Source of the DNA: Methanotrichaceae archaeon
GTDB taxonomy: Archaea > Halobacteriota > Methanosarcinia > Methanotrichales > Methanotrichaceae
DNA length: 64,000 nt
NCBI GenBank assembly: GCA_963803145.1
Contig: CAWDLW010000024.1
Span: forward strand, 1-64,000
Direction of reading: 5' to 3'
The stretch's first letter is position 1. Every line of letters begins with the position of its first letter. The notes beneath the pieces were generated by a model. It saw only the letters and a list, made by a program, of their open reading frames with translations. It searched no databases and was not told the DNA's origin. Shown here one piece after another: positions 52,101 through 63,820 of this stretch. Both the position numbers and the translations under genes were made by a program.

Positions 52101-54092
52101 CTATTTGGTGATGAGCGGTATGTTGTGCACAGATTCCGGGTTAGCCAGAGCAGACAGATCGCCGGTCTCCTTGCCCAGAGCTTTCGCCTTAATGACACGG
52201 CGCATGATCTTGCCTGACCTTGTCTTGGGTACATCCTTGACGAAGAAGACCCGGTCGGGATATGCTACAGGGCCGAGCACCTTGCGGACATGAGTGGAGA
52301 TATCTTTCTTCAGGTCCTCGCTCTCCTGGATACCTTCCTTGAGTATGACGAAGGCGACGATCTTCTCGCCCTTGACCTCATCGGGCTCGCCTATGACTGC
52401 TGCCTCTGCGACCTTCGGGTGGGACACAGCTGCTGATTCGACTTCAGCGTTGGAGATTCTATGTCCAGCCACCTTCAGCACATCGTCGATTCTGCCCTGA
52501 ATCCACCAGTAGCCATCCTTGTCTCTGGTGGCCTTATCGCCTGCAAGGTACGTTCCTGGCTTTGTCTGCCAGTACATCTCCCAGTACTCCTTCTTGTACC
52601 TGACCTCATCTCTGAAGAATGCACGGAGCATGCTTGGCCAGGGGGTCTTATTGACGATGTTTCCACCGAAGCCCAGCGGGACGGAGTTGGCATTCTCATC
52701 AAAGATATCGGTGTTGAATCCGGGCAGAGGGAATGCTACCGATCCGGGCTTCTCAGGCGTCATGGGAAGCGGGGCTATGACATGGCATCCTGTTTCGGTC
52801 TGCCACCAGGTATCCATAATGGGTGCCTGATCTGCGCCGATATTCTTTCTGAACCAGATGTATGCCTCGGGGTTAAGCGGTTCGCCCACGGATGCCAGAA
52901 TCCTGATGGAGGACAGATCGTACTTCTTGACGTACTCCTCACCTGTTTTCATGAACATCCTAATGGCCGTAGGTGCCGTATAAAATACAGAGACACCATA
53001 TTGCTCAATGATGGACCACCATCGGCCCAGGTCTGGGAAGTCCGGAGAGCCCTCGTATAGGATGCTACTTGCGCCAAGGGAAAGCGGGCCGTAGACAACA
53101 TAGCTGTGTCCTGTGATCCAGCCTGCATCGGCTGTACACCAGTAGACATCGTCCTCGTGGATATCCAGAACCCAGGAGCAGGTTTGAGCAGGGCCTACAG
53201 CGTATCCGCCGTGGACGTGCTCGATACCCTTGGGCTTGCCAGTTGTGCCCGAGGTGTACAGAATGAACAGCCTATCCTCTGGATCGAGCTGAGCGGTCTC
53301 ACACTGGGCGGACTGTTCTTTTACAGCCTCATCATAGTAGATATCGCGGCCTTCTGTCATGGGGATCTGCTGGCCTGTTCTTCTCACAACTAATACTTTC
53401 TTTACAGAGGGTGCAGTCTTGAGGGCCTCATCCACATTGGGTTTGAGAGGAAGAGGTTTGCCGCGCCTGTAGAAGCCGTCGGAGGTAACGACCACTTTGG
53501 CCTCGGCATCATTGACCCTGCTGTTCAAGCCGCCGGAAGAAAATCCGGAGAAGACCACTGTATGAATGGCACCAATCTTGGCGCAGGCCAGCATTGTGAT
53601 AGGTAACTCTGGAATCATGGGGAGGTAGCAGACTACTCTGTCGCCCTTCTCGACGCCCAGTCTCTTGAGGGCGTTAGCGAGCTTGTTGACCTCGCGGTAG
53701 AGCTCATAATAAGTAATGGTTCTGGTATCTCCCAGGGGCTCCCCTATGAAGTAGTATGCAACCTTGTTCCGCTTTGCTGAGCGCGCATGTCTATCAACGG
53801 CATTGTAGGCAGCGTTGATCCTGCCGCCCATGAACCACTTGTAGTAAGGCTTGTCTGACTCATCGAGGATCTGGGTGTAAGGCTGGTACCAATCTGCATA
53901 TGTCTGGGCCATCTCATCCCAGAAGTCTACGTAATTTGCGGAGCACCACTCACGCATCTCTTTCTCAGTCTTGAAGCCTTTCTTCTTCATCCATTGATAT
54001 ACGTTGGAATGCTCAATAATCCATTGCGGCGTGTTGAAAATTCTGGTCTCTTCTTGGAGAACAGACGTTTTTGCTGTGTCGGCTGATCTCAT
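52101..54092 (-). CDS. acs: AMP-forming acetyl-CoA synthetase
   Basis: [45 protein letters not shown]. Confidence 0.96.
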   Translation of the reverse strand: MRSADTAKTSVLQEETRIFNTPQWIIEHSNVYQWMKKKGFKTEKEMREWCSANYVDFWDEMAQTYADWYQPYTQILDESDKPYYKWFMGGRINAAYNAVDRHARSAKRNKVAYYFIGEPLGDTRTITYYELYREVNKLANALKRLGVEKGDRVVCYLPMIPELPITMLACAKIGAIHTVVFSGFSSGGLNSRVNDAEAKVVVTSDGFYRRGKPLPLKPNVDEALKTAPSVKKVLVVRRTGQQIPMTEGRDIYYDEAVKEQSAQCETAQLDPEDRLFILYTSGTTGKPKGIEHVHGGYAVGPAQTCSWVLDIHEDDVYWCTADAGWITGHSYVVYGPLSLGASSILYEGSPDFPDLGRWWSIIEQYGVSVFYTAPTAIRMFMKTGEEYVKKYDLSSIRILASVGEPLNPEAYIWFRKNIGADQAPIMDTWWQTETGCHVIAPLPMTPEKPGSVAFPLPGFNTDIFDENANSVPLGFGGNIVNKTPWPSMLRAFFRDEVRYKKEYWEMYWQTKPGTYLAGDKATRDKDGYWWIQGRIDDVLKVAGHRISNAEVESAAVSHPKVAEAAVIGEPDEVKGEKIVAFVILKEGIQESEDLKKDISTHVRKVLGPVAYPDRVFFVKDVPKTRSGKIMRRVIKAKALGKETGDLSALANPESVHNIPLITK

Positions 54093-54201
54093 GAGATAAC
54101 ATAACATGTTATGGTATATTAGGATTTCGCCATCTCTTCAATCAATTATGATCAGGGCTGGACGAATGCTTTATCAATCTCATATCATGGTATACTATAA
54201 T

Positions 54202-54423
54202 ATGAAACAATTGTCCGTGATGGTTGATGACGATATTATGGAGGCCATTGAGAACCGCATCAAAGCCTCCGGCCGAAGTAAAAGCGATGTCATCAGGGAT
54301 CTTTTAGTGATAGGTCTGAAAAAACCTCCGTCATCCGCCTATAGAGACCTTATCAATGATGCTATTGCTCAGCACGAGAAAAATTTTCATGCATCCGATT
54401 CAAGGGCAGATGAAAGCGATTAG
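54202..54423 (+). CDS. Ribbon-helix-helix (CopG-like) regulator, divergent from acs
   Basis: MKQLSVMVDDDIMEAIE...GRSKSDVIRDLL. Confidence 0.7.
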   Translation: MKQLSVMVDDDIMEAIENRIKASGRSKSDVIRDLLVIGLKKPPSSAYRDLINDAIAQHEKNFHASDSRADESD

Positions 54424-54554
54424 ATTTTAGAGCCCTCATATAATAAAGGCATCTAAATTTCCTGCAGTATTTTTTAGAAATTCCTAAAGGTTCCTATTCA
54501 TTGAAGGTTTTTAACCCTTATAGTAACACCAAAACAAAGACGCATGAGCTTGCA

Positions 54555-56474
54555 TCAGGAATTCTTCTTCTTGAACATGAGATTAACCTTAAAAACCCCA
54601 GATTCGTTTTCCATTTTGACATCGAAGCCCATCTTCTTGATCAATGTGAAGATCGGCTGGTTTTTAGCAAGTGCATCACCAGTAAACCCCAGAAGGCCCT
54701 GTCTCTTAGCCAGGTTAGTAAGATAGGAGATAAGCTCAGACCCAATGCCCTGGTTATGGTAATCATCCCTCACAGCCAGGGCCAGGTCTGCAGTCTGCAT
54801 GTCTGAATTGAGGCCATACTGGCCCAGACCTATTATCTTCTCTTTGCCATCAATGTTCAGGGTAGCAAGGATGACCTTATCCCTAGTGTGATCTATCACA
54901 ATGAAGCTCTGCAACCTTTCATGCGGCATACCCTTCCTGGTCGTCAAGAATCTATGGTACATGCTCTCGTCTGATAGAGAGTAAAAGAACTCCCTTATCA
55001 GAGGCTCATCGCTGATTTTCACTGGTCTCAACAATATTTCCAGGCCAGTCTTTGTCTTCCTCTGAATCTCCAGATCTTCAGGATACTCGCCTTCTTTACC
55101 AGATATGAAAGCCTGATCAGAGTAGATAATAAATTGCTTCTTGGCTTCATCTATCAGCCAGGGTCTGAACCTTGGATGTGCTATAGATATCAGATCCATT
55201 GCCCTCTCGCGTATGCTCTTGCCGTGAAGGTGGGCAATCCCATACTCAGTCACTACATAGTGGATATCGCCTCTGGTTAGGGTGACGCCTGATCCCTCTC
55301 GAAGAAAAGGCACAATTCTGGATATTCGGCCATCGTCAGCAGTGGAAGGCAACGCCAATATCGTTTTCCCGCTGGGTGCGAGCACAGCTCCTCTCATGAA
55401 GTCTGCTTGGCCACCTATGCCACTATAGAACATTTTGCCTATAGATTCTGCAGTAGCTTGGCCTGTCAGATCAACCTCCAAGGCACTGTTTATGGCCGTC
55501 ATACGCTTGTTCTGGGCAATGATCAGAGGATTATTGGTATAATCTATAGTCCTGAACTCGACGGAAGTATTTCCATCAACAAAATCATAAGTCTCTTTCT
55601 TGCCCATACAGATAGTAGCAATGGTCTTGCCAGGGTTAATGGATTTCTGGGAATTGTCTATCACACCCTCGGCCATGAGGTCGGCAATGCCATCGCTGAA
55701 CAGCTCGGTATGAACTCCAAGATGCTTCTTGTCTCTGAGGCTAGAGAGGATAGCGTTGGGCAGGCGACCATAGCCTACCTGAATGGTGGAACCATCCTCT
55801 ACTATGCGGGCTACATAGCTGCCTATCTTCCTGGCAGTATCTCCTGGAACTTGCGCCTGATATTCCAGCAGCGGCTCCTCGTGGAGCACCAAGAAATCCA
55901 CGTCATCGATCTGAGTCCAGCCATCTCCCTGAATCTCTGGCATTCTGGGGTTGGCCTGGGCTACGACCAGCGCTGATTTATCGATTGCCGCTCTAGTTAT
56001 ATCAACGCTGACCCCCAGGTTAATCCTGCCAAGACTATCTGGAGGGGAGATCTGTATCAAGGCCACATCAATGGGTATTTTGCCGGTCTTTATCAGATCG
56101 GGGACTGCGGAAAGAAATATGGGAGTATAATCTGCGGCGCCTTTATTCACTGCCCTTCGAGTGCTATCGCCTATGAAGAATGAGTTCAATCTAAAGTTGG
56201 ACCTGAACTTATCATCAGTATAAGGAGCAATGCCCAGGGTAACTAAGTTTATCAGCTCAGCATCCAGGAACGCATTAGGATGTGATCTAATATAGTTTAA
56301 GAGGGACTGCACAAGGTATTGAGGCTCTCCGCAGCCGGTGCCGATGAAGACCCTATCGCCTGCATGGATATTGCGGAATATACCTGCCTCAGAGATGAAC
56401 TTCTCAGGCCAAAGCTGTTTCAGCGTACTCAGGTCATTGATAGCTCCATTCGTCCCAGATATCCCAATCGGCAA
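54555..56474 (-). CDS. Acetyl-CoA hydrolase/CoA-transferase-GNAT fusion (paralog of 50096..51976)
   Basis: HLGVHTE, SGIGGQADF, GNAT YHNQGIG. Long identical stretches with the paralog. Confidence 0.88.
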   Translation of the reverse strand: MPIGISGTNGAINDLSTLKQLWPEKFISEAGIFRNIHAGDRVFIGTGCGEPQYLVQSLLNYIRSHPNAFLDAELINLVTLGIAPYTDDKFRSNFRLNSFFIGDSTRRAVNKGAADYTPIFLSAVPDLIKTGKIPIDVALIQISPPDSLGRINLGVSVDITRAAIDKSALVVAQANPRMPEIQGDGWTQIDDVDFLVLHEEPLLEYQAQVPGDTARKIGSYVARIVEDGSTIQVGYGRLPNAILSSLRDKKHLGVHTELFSDGIADLMAEGVIDNSQKSINPGKTIATICMGKKETYDFVDGNTSVEFRTIDYTNNPLIIAQNKRMTAINSALEVDLTGQATAESIGKMFYSGIGGQADFMRGAVLAPSGKTILALPSTADDGRISRIVPFLREGSGVTLTRGDIHYVVTEYGIAHLHGKSIRERAMDLISIAHPRFRPWLIDEAKKQFIIYSDQAFISGKEGEYPEDLEIQRKTKTGLEILLRPVKISDEPLIREFFYSLSDESMYHRFLTTRKGMPHERLQSFIVIDHTRDKVILATLNIDGKEKIIGLGQYGLNSDMQTADLALAVRDDYHNQGIGSELISYLTNLAKRQGLLGFTGDALAKNQPIFTLIKKMGFDVKMENESGVFKVNLMFKKKNS

Positions 56475-56610
56475 GAGACCTCACAATCTTAAAGTTGAGT
56501 TTAAATAATGCGCAAGCTCATTCATCACAAACTAATCTTAGTTAAGGAGATCTCCTTGATGTCGTATACATATTTGCTGCTTACTGGTTCCTTATCTGTT
56601 GGCAGTTCTT

Positions 56611-59070
56611 TCACATTTGCAGCATAACTTTAGTTTTCGCAGGAGGCATATACCTCTTAAGCATTAGCGATAGCGATATCACGGTTATGGAGCTCATTGC
56701 CATTGCTAGACCAGCATACTCGGGCCTGAAAGTAATTCCAAAGAATGGATAAAGAACCCCTGCCGCCAGAGGTATGAGGGCTGCATTGTAGGCAAAGGCC
56801 CAGAATATGTTCAGCTTCACTCTTGAGATCACCTTCCTGCTCAGCTGGATAGCGGCTACAGCATCCAGAAGATTATCCCTTATAAGCACAATCTCTCCAG
56901 TCTCTATAGCCACATCTGTGCCGCTGCCTATGGCTATTCCTACATCTGATTGAGCTAGGGCTGGTGCATCGTTAATTCCGTCCCCAACAAAAGCGACAAC
57001 ATTGCCCTGCTCCTGGAGCTTCTTCACTTCCTGCGCCTTCTGCTCAGGCAGAACTTCGGCGAAGACATTGTCGATGCCAATCTGCTTAGCTACAGCAGTA
57101 GCGCTCCTAGCATTATCGCCAGTAATCATCGCTACTTTTAGATTCATGTCCTTAAGTTCAGCAATAGCTGCTCCGGCGGAATCCTTCAGTCTGTCTGCTA
57201 TTGCTATTATTCCGGATACTTTGCCGTCAATGGCAATTAAGATCGCAGTCTTTCCCTGCTCCTGGAAATCGGCTGCTCTTGCAAGTGCTTCATCAGTGAT
57301 AGCTATGCCTTGGTCGGATAAGTGCATCCCATTTCCAGCTACCACCGTTTTTCCATCGATGGTAGCGATAACACCCTTGCCTGCTATAGCATCGAAGCTG
57401 CTGGCCGTGGCTAGTGCGAGTCCATCCGATTCCGCCTTTCTGACCACCGCCTCTGCCAGAGGATGCTCTGAGCTCTTTTCGGCACTTGCTGCAAGCCTGA
57501 GGAGTTCCCTCTCATCCATGTCGTAGGCTACTATATCTGTCACATCTGGCCTGCCTAATGTCAGGGTACCAGTCTTATCGAATACTACTGTATTCAGCTT
57601 CTCTGATAACTCCAGTGCCTCCCCGTTCTTGATGAGGACTCCGAGTTCAGCGCCTCTGCCGATTCCAACTGTGATTGCTGTTGGTGAGGCAAGGCCCAGC
57701 GCACAAGGACATGCTACGACGAGAACAGATATCAGGGCTGTTAGGGCAAAGAGCAATGTGCTGCCGAGGATGAAGTACCAGACAATGAATGCCGCGAAGG
57801 CAATTGTAAGCACAGTTGGTATAAAGTAGGTTACAGCTCTATCGGCAATCCTCTGGATTGGCGGCCTTGACCCTTGAGCCTGCTCAACGAGAGATATGAT
57901 CTGAGAGAGGACGGTATCTTTTCCTACCTTAGTTGCTCTTAACCTCAGGACACCGTTCTTGTTCAATGTGCCTCCGACCACATTCTTGCCTGGATCTTTC
58001 AGAACAGGGATCGGCTCACCAGTGATCATGGATTCATCTACATAGCTCTCGCCGCCGACCACGATGCCATCAACAGGTATCTTCTCACCAGGGCGGACCA
58101 GGATTATATCGCCAACCTGGACATCCTCTACAGGCACTTCCGTTTCGCTATTATCCCTGAGGACGGTGGCTGTCTTGGGTCGGAGTCCGATAAGCTTTTT
58201 GATGGCCTCTGAGGTTCTGCCCTTGGCTCTTGATTCCAGGTATCTACCAAGCGTAAGAAAGGATGCGAGCATCAGGGCTGTCTCATAGAACATGAACTCA
58301 GGGGTCAATACAATCCTGAAGGTGCCCATTATGCTGGAGACGTAGGCTACGCCTATGCCCATTGAGTACATTACGTCCATGTTCAGGTTTCTATTTCTCA
58401 GAGACCGGGTAGCGGCACTGAATATTGGATAGCTCACATAGATGAATGGCAGAATAGAGATGGCAAGCATCAGGTAGCCCATGGGAACGGCCATCAGGAC
58501 TTCCCCGGAGAAACGATCTAGAGGCAGGTACATCAGACCCATCAGGAACAGGCTGAACGTGAAACCTACAGCCATCCTGCGGAATTTGTCTTTGAGATCA
58601 TTCTCCCTGGCCTCCTTCTCCAGGTCGGCAGAGACCTCTTCTCCAGCAACGCCAAGGTACTGGTATCCTGTATCCTCGACAGCTTTTTTCAGATCCGCAA
58701 GGGATGTCATCCTGGGATTGTAGGTGATATAAGCCTTCTCTGCAGCCAGATTGACATTGGCCTCAACTACGCCATCCAGCTTCTTGAAGGCAATTTCAAG
58801 TGCTCCCACGCACATGGCGCAGACCATGCCGCCGATCTTCAGGACGACCTTCTCGTCTACTACGTCATAGCCTGCATCCCTAATTGCTTTCTCCAGATCT
58901 ACCAGCTTCAGTTTTTCCGGATTATATTCTACGTACGCCATCTCAGTGGCTAGATTTACCTCTGCCTGGCGTACTCCATCTAGGCTCTTCAAGGATTTTT
59001 CAATTGCAGAGACACAGGCTGCACAAACCATCCCTATAATCTTAAGCTCTGCCTTCTTGTATTCCGTCAT
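56611..59070 (-). CDS. copA: Cu(+)-translocating P1B-type ATPase
   Basis: Two GMVCxxC HMA domains, [26 protein letters not shown] and MAMSS. Confidence 0.95.
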   Translation of the reverse strand: MTEYKKAELKIIGMVCAACVSAIEKSLKSLDGVRQAEVNLATEMAYVEYNPEKLKLVDLEKAIRDAGYDVVDEKVVLKIGGMVCAMCVGALEIAFKKLDGVVEANVNLAAEKAYITYNPRMTSLADLKKAVEDTGYQYLGVAGEEVSADLEKEARENDLKDKFRRMAVGFTFSLFLMGLMYLPLDRFSGEVLMAVPMGYLMLAISILPFIYVSYPIFSAATRSLRNRNLNMDVMYSMGIGVAYVSSIMGTFRIVLTPEFMFYETALMLASFLTLGRYLESRAKGRTSEAIKKLIGLRPKTATVLRDNSETEVPVEDVQVGDIILVRPGEKIPVDGIVVGGESYVDESMITGEPIPVLKDPGKNVVGGTLNKNGVLRLRATKVGKDTVLSQIISLVEQAQGSRPPIQRIADRAVTYFIPTVLTIAFAAFIVWYFILGSTLLFALTALISVLVVACPCALGLASPTAITVGIGRGAELGVLIKNGEALELSEKLNTVVFDKTGTLTLGRPDVTDIVAYDMDERELLRLAASAEKSSEHPLAEAVVRKAESDGLALATASSFDAIAGKGVIATIDGKTVVAGNGMHLSDQGIAITDEALARAADFQEQGKTAILIAIDGKVSGIIAIADRLKDSAGAAIAELKDMNLKVAMITGDNARSATAVAKQIGIDNVFAEVLPEQKAQEVKKLQEQGNVVAFVGDGINDAPALAQSDVGIAIGSGTDVAIETGEIVLIRDNLLDAVAAIQLSRKVISRVKLNIFWAFAYNAALIPLAAGVLYPFFGITFRPEYAGLAMAMSSITVISLSLMLKRYMPPAKTKVMLQM

Positions 59071-59355
59071 GGCTCATCCTTTCATACTGCTTTCTTCTTT
59101 GGCTTCTGAGCTACAGGTTACATTCTCTATCATATTTCGTTCACATCGTTTAAATGCTATCTTTAGCAATCTTGGAGCCACTTTAGATGAAGCTGGCTGT
59201 GTGGCAACTTCAGATAAAGCTAGCTGTAAAGGCAGAATCTCGTTGGGCTATGCTTATGATGTTTCTTCAAGGGTATTCCTTGAGCTGGCAATTGCTAATA
59301 TGTGAAGCATGCATAGGATTTATACTGTGGGGAGTCATCCAACTTTGGTTCTCAT

Positions 59356-59965
59356 ATGCTCAAGATAACTCCATACCTCGGCATAATCGTGCTGATAGTC
59401 TCCCTCGGGGGTATCTTCTACCCCAAGCTATGGCTACTTCTTGATGTTAGTCTTCGCAAGCTTGATCATCATAAGCCCTTTCAGAGGAAGATGGTTCTGC
59501 GGAAATCTGTGTCCACGCGGGAGCTTCAACGATTTCTGGCTCGGCAGGATAAGCAGGTTCAAGAAGATTCCAGATTTAATGAGAAGTTTATGGTTTAGAG
59601 TTCCTATCTTCTTTGCCATGATGGGCTTCATGATTTGGAGGATTCTGGGAACTCAAGGATTAGTGGATAAGATAGGCATGGTCTTCGTAGCCATGTGCAT
59701 ATTGACCACATCAATCTCCATATTATTTGGCATCTCCATAGCCCCTAGAGCCTGGTGCACCTTTTGTCCTATGGGCACTCTCCAAAGGACAATGGGAGGC
59801 AGCAGGTATCAGCTCAAAGTGGATACGGATAAGTGCATAGAGTGCGAAAAGTGCCAGAAGGTGTGTCCTATGCAGCTTCCGGTGAACGAAATCCTGGAGA
59901 AGCCTGATTGTATAAAATGCGCCAGGTGTATCGAGGTATGTCCTAAGGATGCTCTGAGCTTCTGA
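59356..59965 (+). CDS. Membrane 4Fe-4S protein (NapH/MauN-like); 1-nt frameshift at ~59431
   Basis: Removing one T gives FYPKLGYFLMLVF, joining 59356.. to 59441..59965. CGNLCP, CTFCP and two CxxCxxCxxxCP motifs. Confidence 0.8.
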
Positions 59966-60039
59966 AATCAAGAGGACAAAAACCTGGGCTGATTAAGCAA
60001 GCCTAACAGTAAAGGATGATAAGTCCTCAGCCCAGCTAT

Positions 60040-60417
60040 TTACCAGAGCACGAGGTAGACTTTTTCTCCTTCCTTCCTACCTCTGACAAGCTGGCAATGT
60101 CTGAGTATGGCAAACTGGTTTTCGAGCTTGCTTGGTGGCAGCTTGAACTTCTCTGCAAGCTCCTCCCTGGTGGCTTTGCCCTTGGATTTAATGAACTCAT
60201 AGATATCCTTCTGTTGATCGGTCAGGCCGTCAGTTCCTGTAAGGCCATGGCTCTCTCTGAATATCATCTTCGAGCGCTCAGCCCAGGGATCACAAACTCT
60301 GATCCTGTGGCTCACATCTATATAACAGTCTTCGCAGAGGGTCTGGCCTCCAGAAATGGAGACCTCATCTTCAGTTATCTCCCTGCCGCAGCTCTGGCAT
60401 TTCAAATTGTTTGCCAT
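60040..60417 (-). CDS. Small zinc-finger + winged-helix protein
   Basis: CQSCG...LCEDCY, then IYEFIKSKGKATREELAEKF...FAILRH. Confidence 0.65.
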   Translation of the reverse strand: MANNLKCQSCGREITEDEVSISGGQTLCEDCYIDVSHRIRVCDPWAERSKMIFRESHGLTGTDGLTDQQKDIYEFIKSKGKATREELAEKFKLPPSKLENQFAILRHCQLVRGRKEGEKVYLVLW

Positions 60418-60918
60418 TTCACGTCGCCTCCATCGTATTCTATTATAAGGCTGTTGTTGGGGTTGATATAATAAACATTAGCCTCGTTAACATGCAACCG
60501 GATCATAAGAGCATGAGAGAGGATATCAGATCCGTCATCTAGAAATCTTTGGTAATATTTCGCGCAAGTCATAATGAAGAGGACAGCAGTGAGATTTGGG
60601 ATGAGATCACTAGAGGTCAGATCCAACTTAGTTTATGGAGGCGCTCTGACGGAAGACAATAGATGAGAAAGATATTACCCCAATCCTGGTGAAGCCTATA
60701 CATGCTGATTTCTCCGTCAGATAGCTGTACAATCGTGAGAACTCAGGAGCTATAATCGATTTGTATCTGACATATTTATATTACAAATAACTTATTACCA
60801 TCTGCTATATTTCCGATTTATACCTTTGCCATTAAATCCCGATCGTTATCTTTATAGTTTAGTTATTTATTATAGTTATTTGGGGTCGCAAATAAACTTA
60901 AGGAGTATGTGAGTAGCA

Positions 60919-61374
60919 ATGAGTGAAAGAGCATTGGCTTTGATGGTTCTTGCCTTGCTGTCCACTGTGGCCATGGGGAGTGCAGATCCTCTCTTCTTCC
61001 CGCTTAGTGAGCATACAATGGCAAAGGAGATATGTCCAAATGCAGTTCCCTGTGATAGAACTTATACATTCACTACAAACGATGAGCAGGCGGTCTCCTG
61101 GCTCCTGATCTTCAGAGATGCCCGTGCTCATACCGTGGAATGGAGATGGTATTATCCTGAGGGTAGAACCTATGATCGCAGCTTCAGCGTCATACCTCCT
61201 ATTGATGGATTCGATGGCATATGGGCTGCGCCGGTCTGGAGCTGCCTGAAGATCAGCGGGACTGAAGTCGCGCGCATGCCTGGCAATTGGAAAGTTGATA
61301 TAATAGTTGATTTCAGGAAAATACAGACGGAGTACTTCACGATCCTTGCGCCGAATGCCTGTGGAGCGGCTTGA
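60919..61374 (+). CDS. Secreted hypothetical protein (Ig-like)
   Basis: Signal peptide; WRWYYPEG...PGNWKVDI; RBS AAGGAG upstream. Confidence 0.6.
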   Translation: MSERALALMVLALLSTVAMGSADPLFFPLSEHTMAKEICPNAVPCDRTYTFTTNDEQAVSWLLIFRDARAHTVEWRWYYPEGRTYDRSFSVIPPIDGFDGIWAAPVWSCLKISGTEVARMPGNWKVDIIVDFRKIQTEYFTILAPNACGAA

Positions 61375-61501
61375 GACGGCATCGATGGCAGTAAAGATAT
61401 TAGGGAGTCCCTCCAATACATGTCTGTAGAACATAGCGCAAGCTCTGCGCTCAATTTTTTGCTTTAAGAATAGCTGTCTCACGCTGTCCCGAAAGATTTC
61501 T

Positions 61502-61557
61502 TTATGTTTTTATATCTTTGTGGTTTAGTGCTGTTGGTTTCACTACAAAGGGCCCAG
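61502..61557. repeat. Degenerate copy of the REP-like palindrome at 27388-27436
   Basis: Shares CTTTGTGGTTTAGTGCT and the downstream AC(T/C)ACAAAGG arm. Confidence 0.65.
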
Positions 61558-61689
61558 GCTTAAGACATAACGCCATTACATTCAAAACTGCTTTTTTGGC
61601 AATCGAGCTTTTCATGGTTTTACCATTCTCAATATTGAATGGACGATGAGTATTAAATCTAAAATGTGCTTTTAGAATAGGAATGGTGC

Positions 61690-62418
61690 TTGAGCATGAT
61701 GGACCTTGAGTTTGGAGGCAGAAGCAAGAAGCCCGATATCCGCTGGCTTTTCGATATGAATGAAGTAATCTATGATAAAAGCTGGCTGGAGAATGCTGAG
61801 AACCTTGAGCTTTATTACATGTATCGCGACCTTTACCTGAGCAATGCAGACAAAGACAAGTTGATTGCTCAAGGTCTAAGATACGATATTACAATTATCC
61901 CACCGCGCATGCTGGGTGTCGAGTATGTGAAGACAGCCGGACACTATCACCCTATTCCTCCAGGCGGCACTGTATCTTATCCGGAGCTTTATGAGGTTCT
62001 CGAGGGCGAAGCGATATACCTCATTCAGAAGCAGGATATGAGCGATGTTGTAGCAGTTTATGCCTCTGGGGGGGAAAAGGTTCTAGTCCCACCCACCTAT
62101 GGCCATATCACAATAAACCGGTCAAACAAGATACTGAAGATGGCAAACCTGGTGGCCAGAGACTTCTCGTCAATCTATGATCCAATCAAGGAGAGTGGAG
62201 GAGGCGCTTACTTCTACACCACACAAGGCTACATTAAGAATGAACGCTGCCCTGAGGCTGCTGAGCTTCGGAGAATAGAGGCCCCGGATAACAGTCAGCT
62301 GAGAAAGCTCGGCATGTCTAAAGGAAAGGAAATATATCCCCTGATAAAAGAGCCAGGAAGGCTGGATTATCTTGTGCACCCTGATAAGCACCTGGAGCTT
62401 TTCAAGGGCCTGATTTAG
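61690..62418 (+). CDS. pgi: Cupin-type (archaeal) glucose-6-phosphate isomerase
   Basis: LYYMYRD, RYDITII, KTAGHYH, YPELYEV, PPTYGHITIN. Confidence 0.88.
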   Translation: MSMMDLEFGGRSKKPDIRWLFDMNEVIYDKSWLENAENLELYYMYRDLYLSNADKDKLIAQGLRYDITIIPPRMLGVEYVKTAGHYHPIPPGGTVSYPELYEVLEGEAIYLIQKQDMSDVVAVYASGGEKVLVPPTYGHITINRSNKILKMANLVARDFSSIYDPIKESGGGAYFYTTQGYIKNERCPEAAELRRIEAPDNSQLRKLGMSKGKEIYPLIKEPGRLDYLVHPDKHLELFKGLI

Positions 62419-62432
62419 GAGCAGATGAGCGC

Positions 62433-63368
62433 ATGGAGTTTCCAAACCTCTTCGGCCTCTCGCGCTACCGCGCACATATCGAGATGCTTCGCCCGCCGCT
62501 GGCGCCCATGGACCTGGCAATGCCTGCGGCCGCGGCGCTACTGGCGAGCTATGCAGTGAGCGGAAGCCTTCCTCCTCTCTTTCCATTCCTTATTGCTACA
62601 GTCGGAGCATATTGTGCTATAACAAGCTCATACGTCTACAATGATTGCTGCGATGTGGATGTGGATAAGGTTGCCATGCCTGATCGGCCGCTGCCATCAG
62701 CGCGGCTCAGCAGACGTGAGGCATTGATATGGTCGCTGTTACTGTTCTGTGTGGCAGCCGCAACTGCGCTCTATCTGAATCCTGAAAGCTTCGCCGCTCT
62801 GGTTGCAGCCACTATCATGATCACTATCTACTCCTCTTGGGCAAAGAGGAGCACACCGTTTTCCTGGATCTTTGTTGGCCTTGCCTTTGGCCTTGTTCCC
62901 TTGGGCGTCTGGCTGGCGATGGAGCCTGCAGGACTTCTGAAGGCGGGAACAAGCATTCATCCAGCAGCGATTATGCTGTCGGCCATGATCTGCATCACGG
63001 ATTGGGGGTTCACCAACTGTGACGCATCGCGGGATACAGTAGGCGACACGGAAAAGGGAATACCAACGACTCCGGCGACCTACGGAATACCGTCAACTGC
63101 GAAGATGGTGGCAGCATTCTGGGTTATAGGCATCGTTCTATCTCTCGCCCTCGGAGTCTCAGCCGGTCTCGGACTGCTTTATATGGCCGCAGCGGCCATC
63201 GCCGGATGCTGGCTACTTTTGCAAAATCTGGAATTTGTAAAGAATCCGATTGCAAAGCGCGGAGATAAGCTGTTCTATCAATCGGCCAACTATAGGGCGG
63301 TGCTATTTGCTGCGCTAATCCTGGATGTGCTGCTCAGAGTAGCTGTGCCCGGAATTGGCTGGCTATAG
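62433..63368 (+). CDS. UbiA-family prenyltransferase
   Basis: YNDCCDVDVD...PDRPLPS and DASRDTVGD...GIPT motifs; multi-TM. Confidence 0.88.
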   Translation: MEFPNLFGLSRYRAHIEMLRPPLAPMDLAMPAAAALLASYAVSGSLPPLFPFLIATVGAYCAITSSYVYNDCCDVDVDKVAMPDRPLPSARLSRREALIWSLLLFCVAAATALYLNPESFAALVAATIMITIYSSWAKRSTPFSWIFVGLAFGLVPLGVWLAMEPAGLLKAGTSIHPAAIMLSAMICITDWGFTNCDASRDTVGDTEKGIPTTPATYGIPSTAKMVAAFWVIGIVLSLALGVSAGLGLLYMAAAAIAGCWLLLQNLEFVKNPIAKRGDKLFYQSANYRAVLFAALILDVLLRVAVPGIGWL

Positions 63369-63439
63369 TTTGTATTGTAAAATATTTCTTTACAAGAAAC
63401 CATTTATACGCAGTTATCGAAAAACCCATAAAGTAAAGA

Positions 63440-63820
63440 GTGAAGATGATGATCCACAAAGACCGCATATTCTCCTTCAAGGAAATTGGGAGCGAAGATG
63501 ACCTAGTAGAGGCTATGATGAACCACAATTGGCCTCTTTGCTACAGCTTCTATTACGGCAAGCTGCTCTATTTGAACGACAGCGAAAGCGAGGCTGATCC
63601 TGAGTACGCTGTTGTGACCATCGATAAGACTGAGGGCCATCATGGAATTCATGGCCGTGAGGTTGGGAGAATCAGGCCTCGGAGCATGGATGCCACCTCG
63701 GTACATAAGTTCATTCAGGATATGTCTGCGGGCCATTATAGCAGCGAGGAGCCAGTCTCTGCCCAGGTTGAGCCGATCTGGCACCATAGCTGCCAGCTAT
63801 GCAGGCTGGAGGAAGAGTGA
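63440..63820 (+). CDS. Hypothetical protein with C-terminal HxCxxC
   Basis: Clean ORF with host-like codon usage, followed by a T-tract terminator (~63825-63837). Confidence 0.6.
   Translation: MKMMIHKDRIFSFKEIGSEDDLVEAMMNHNWPLCYSFYYGKLLYLNDSESEADPEYAVVTIDKTEGHHGIHGREVGRIRPRSMDATSVHKFIQDMSAGHYSSEEPVSAQVEPIWHHSCQLCRLEEE

Noticed and set aside
52461-53060. Long antisense ORFs (also 55407..55976, 57002..57526, 23581..24264, 60898..61482)
   Set aside because: Shadow frames of well-supported genes on the opposite strand.
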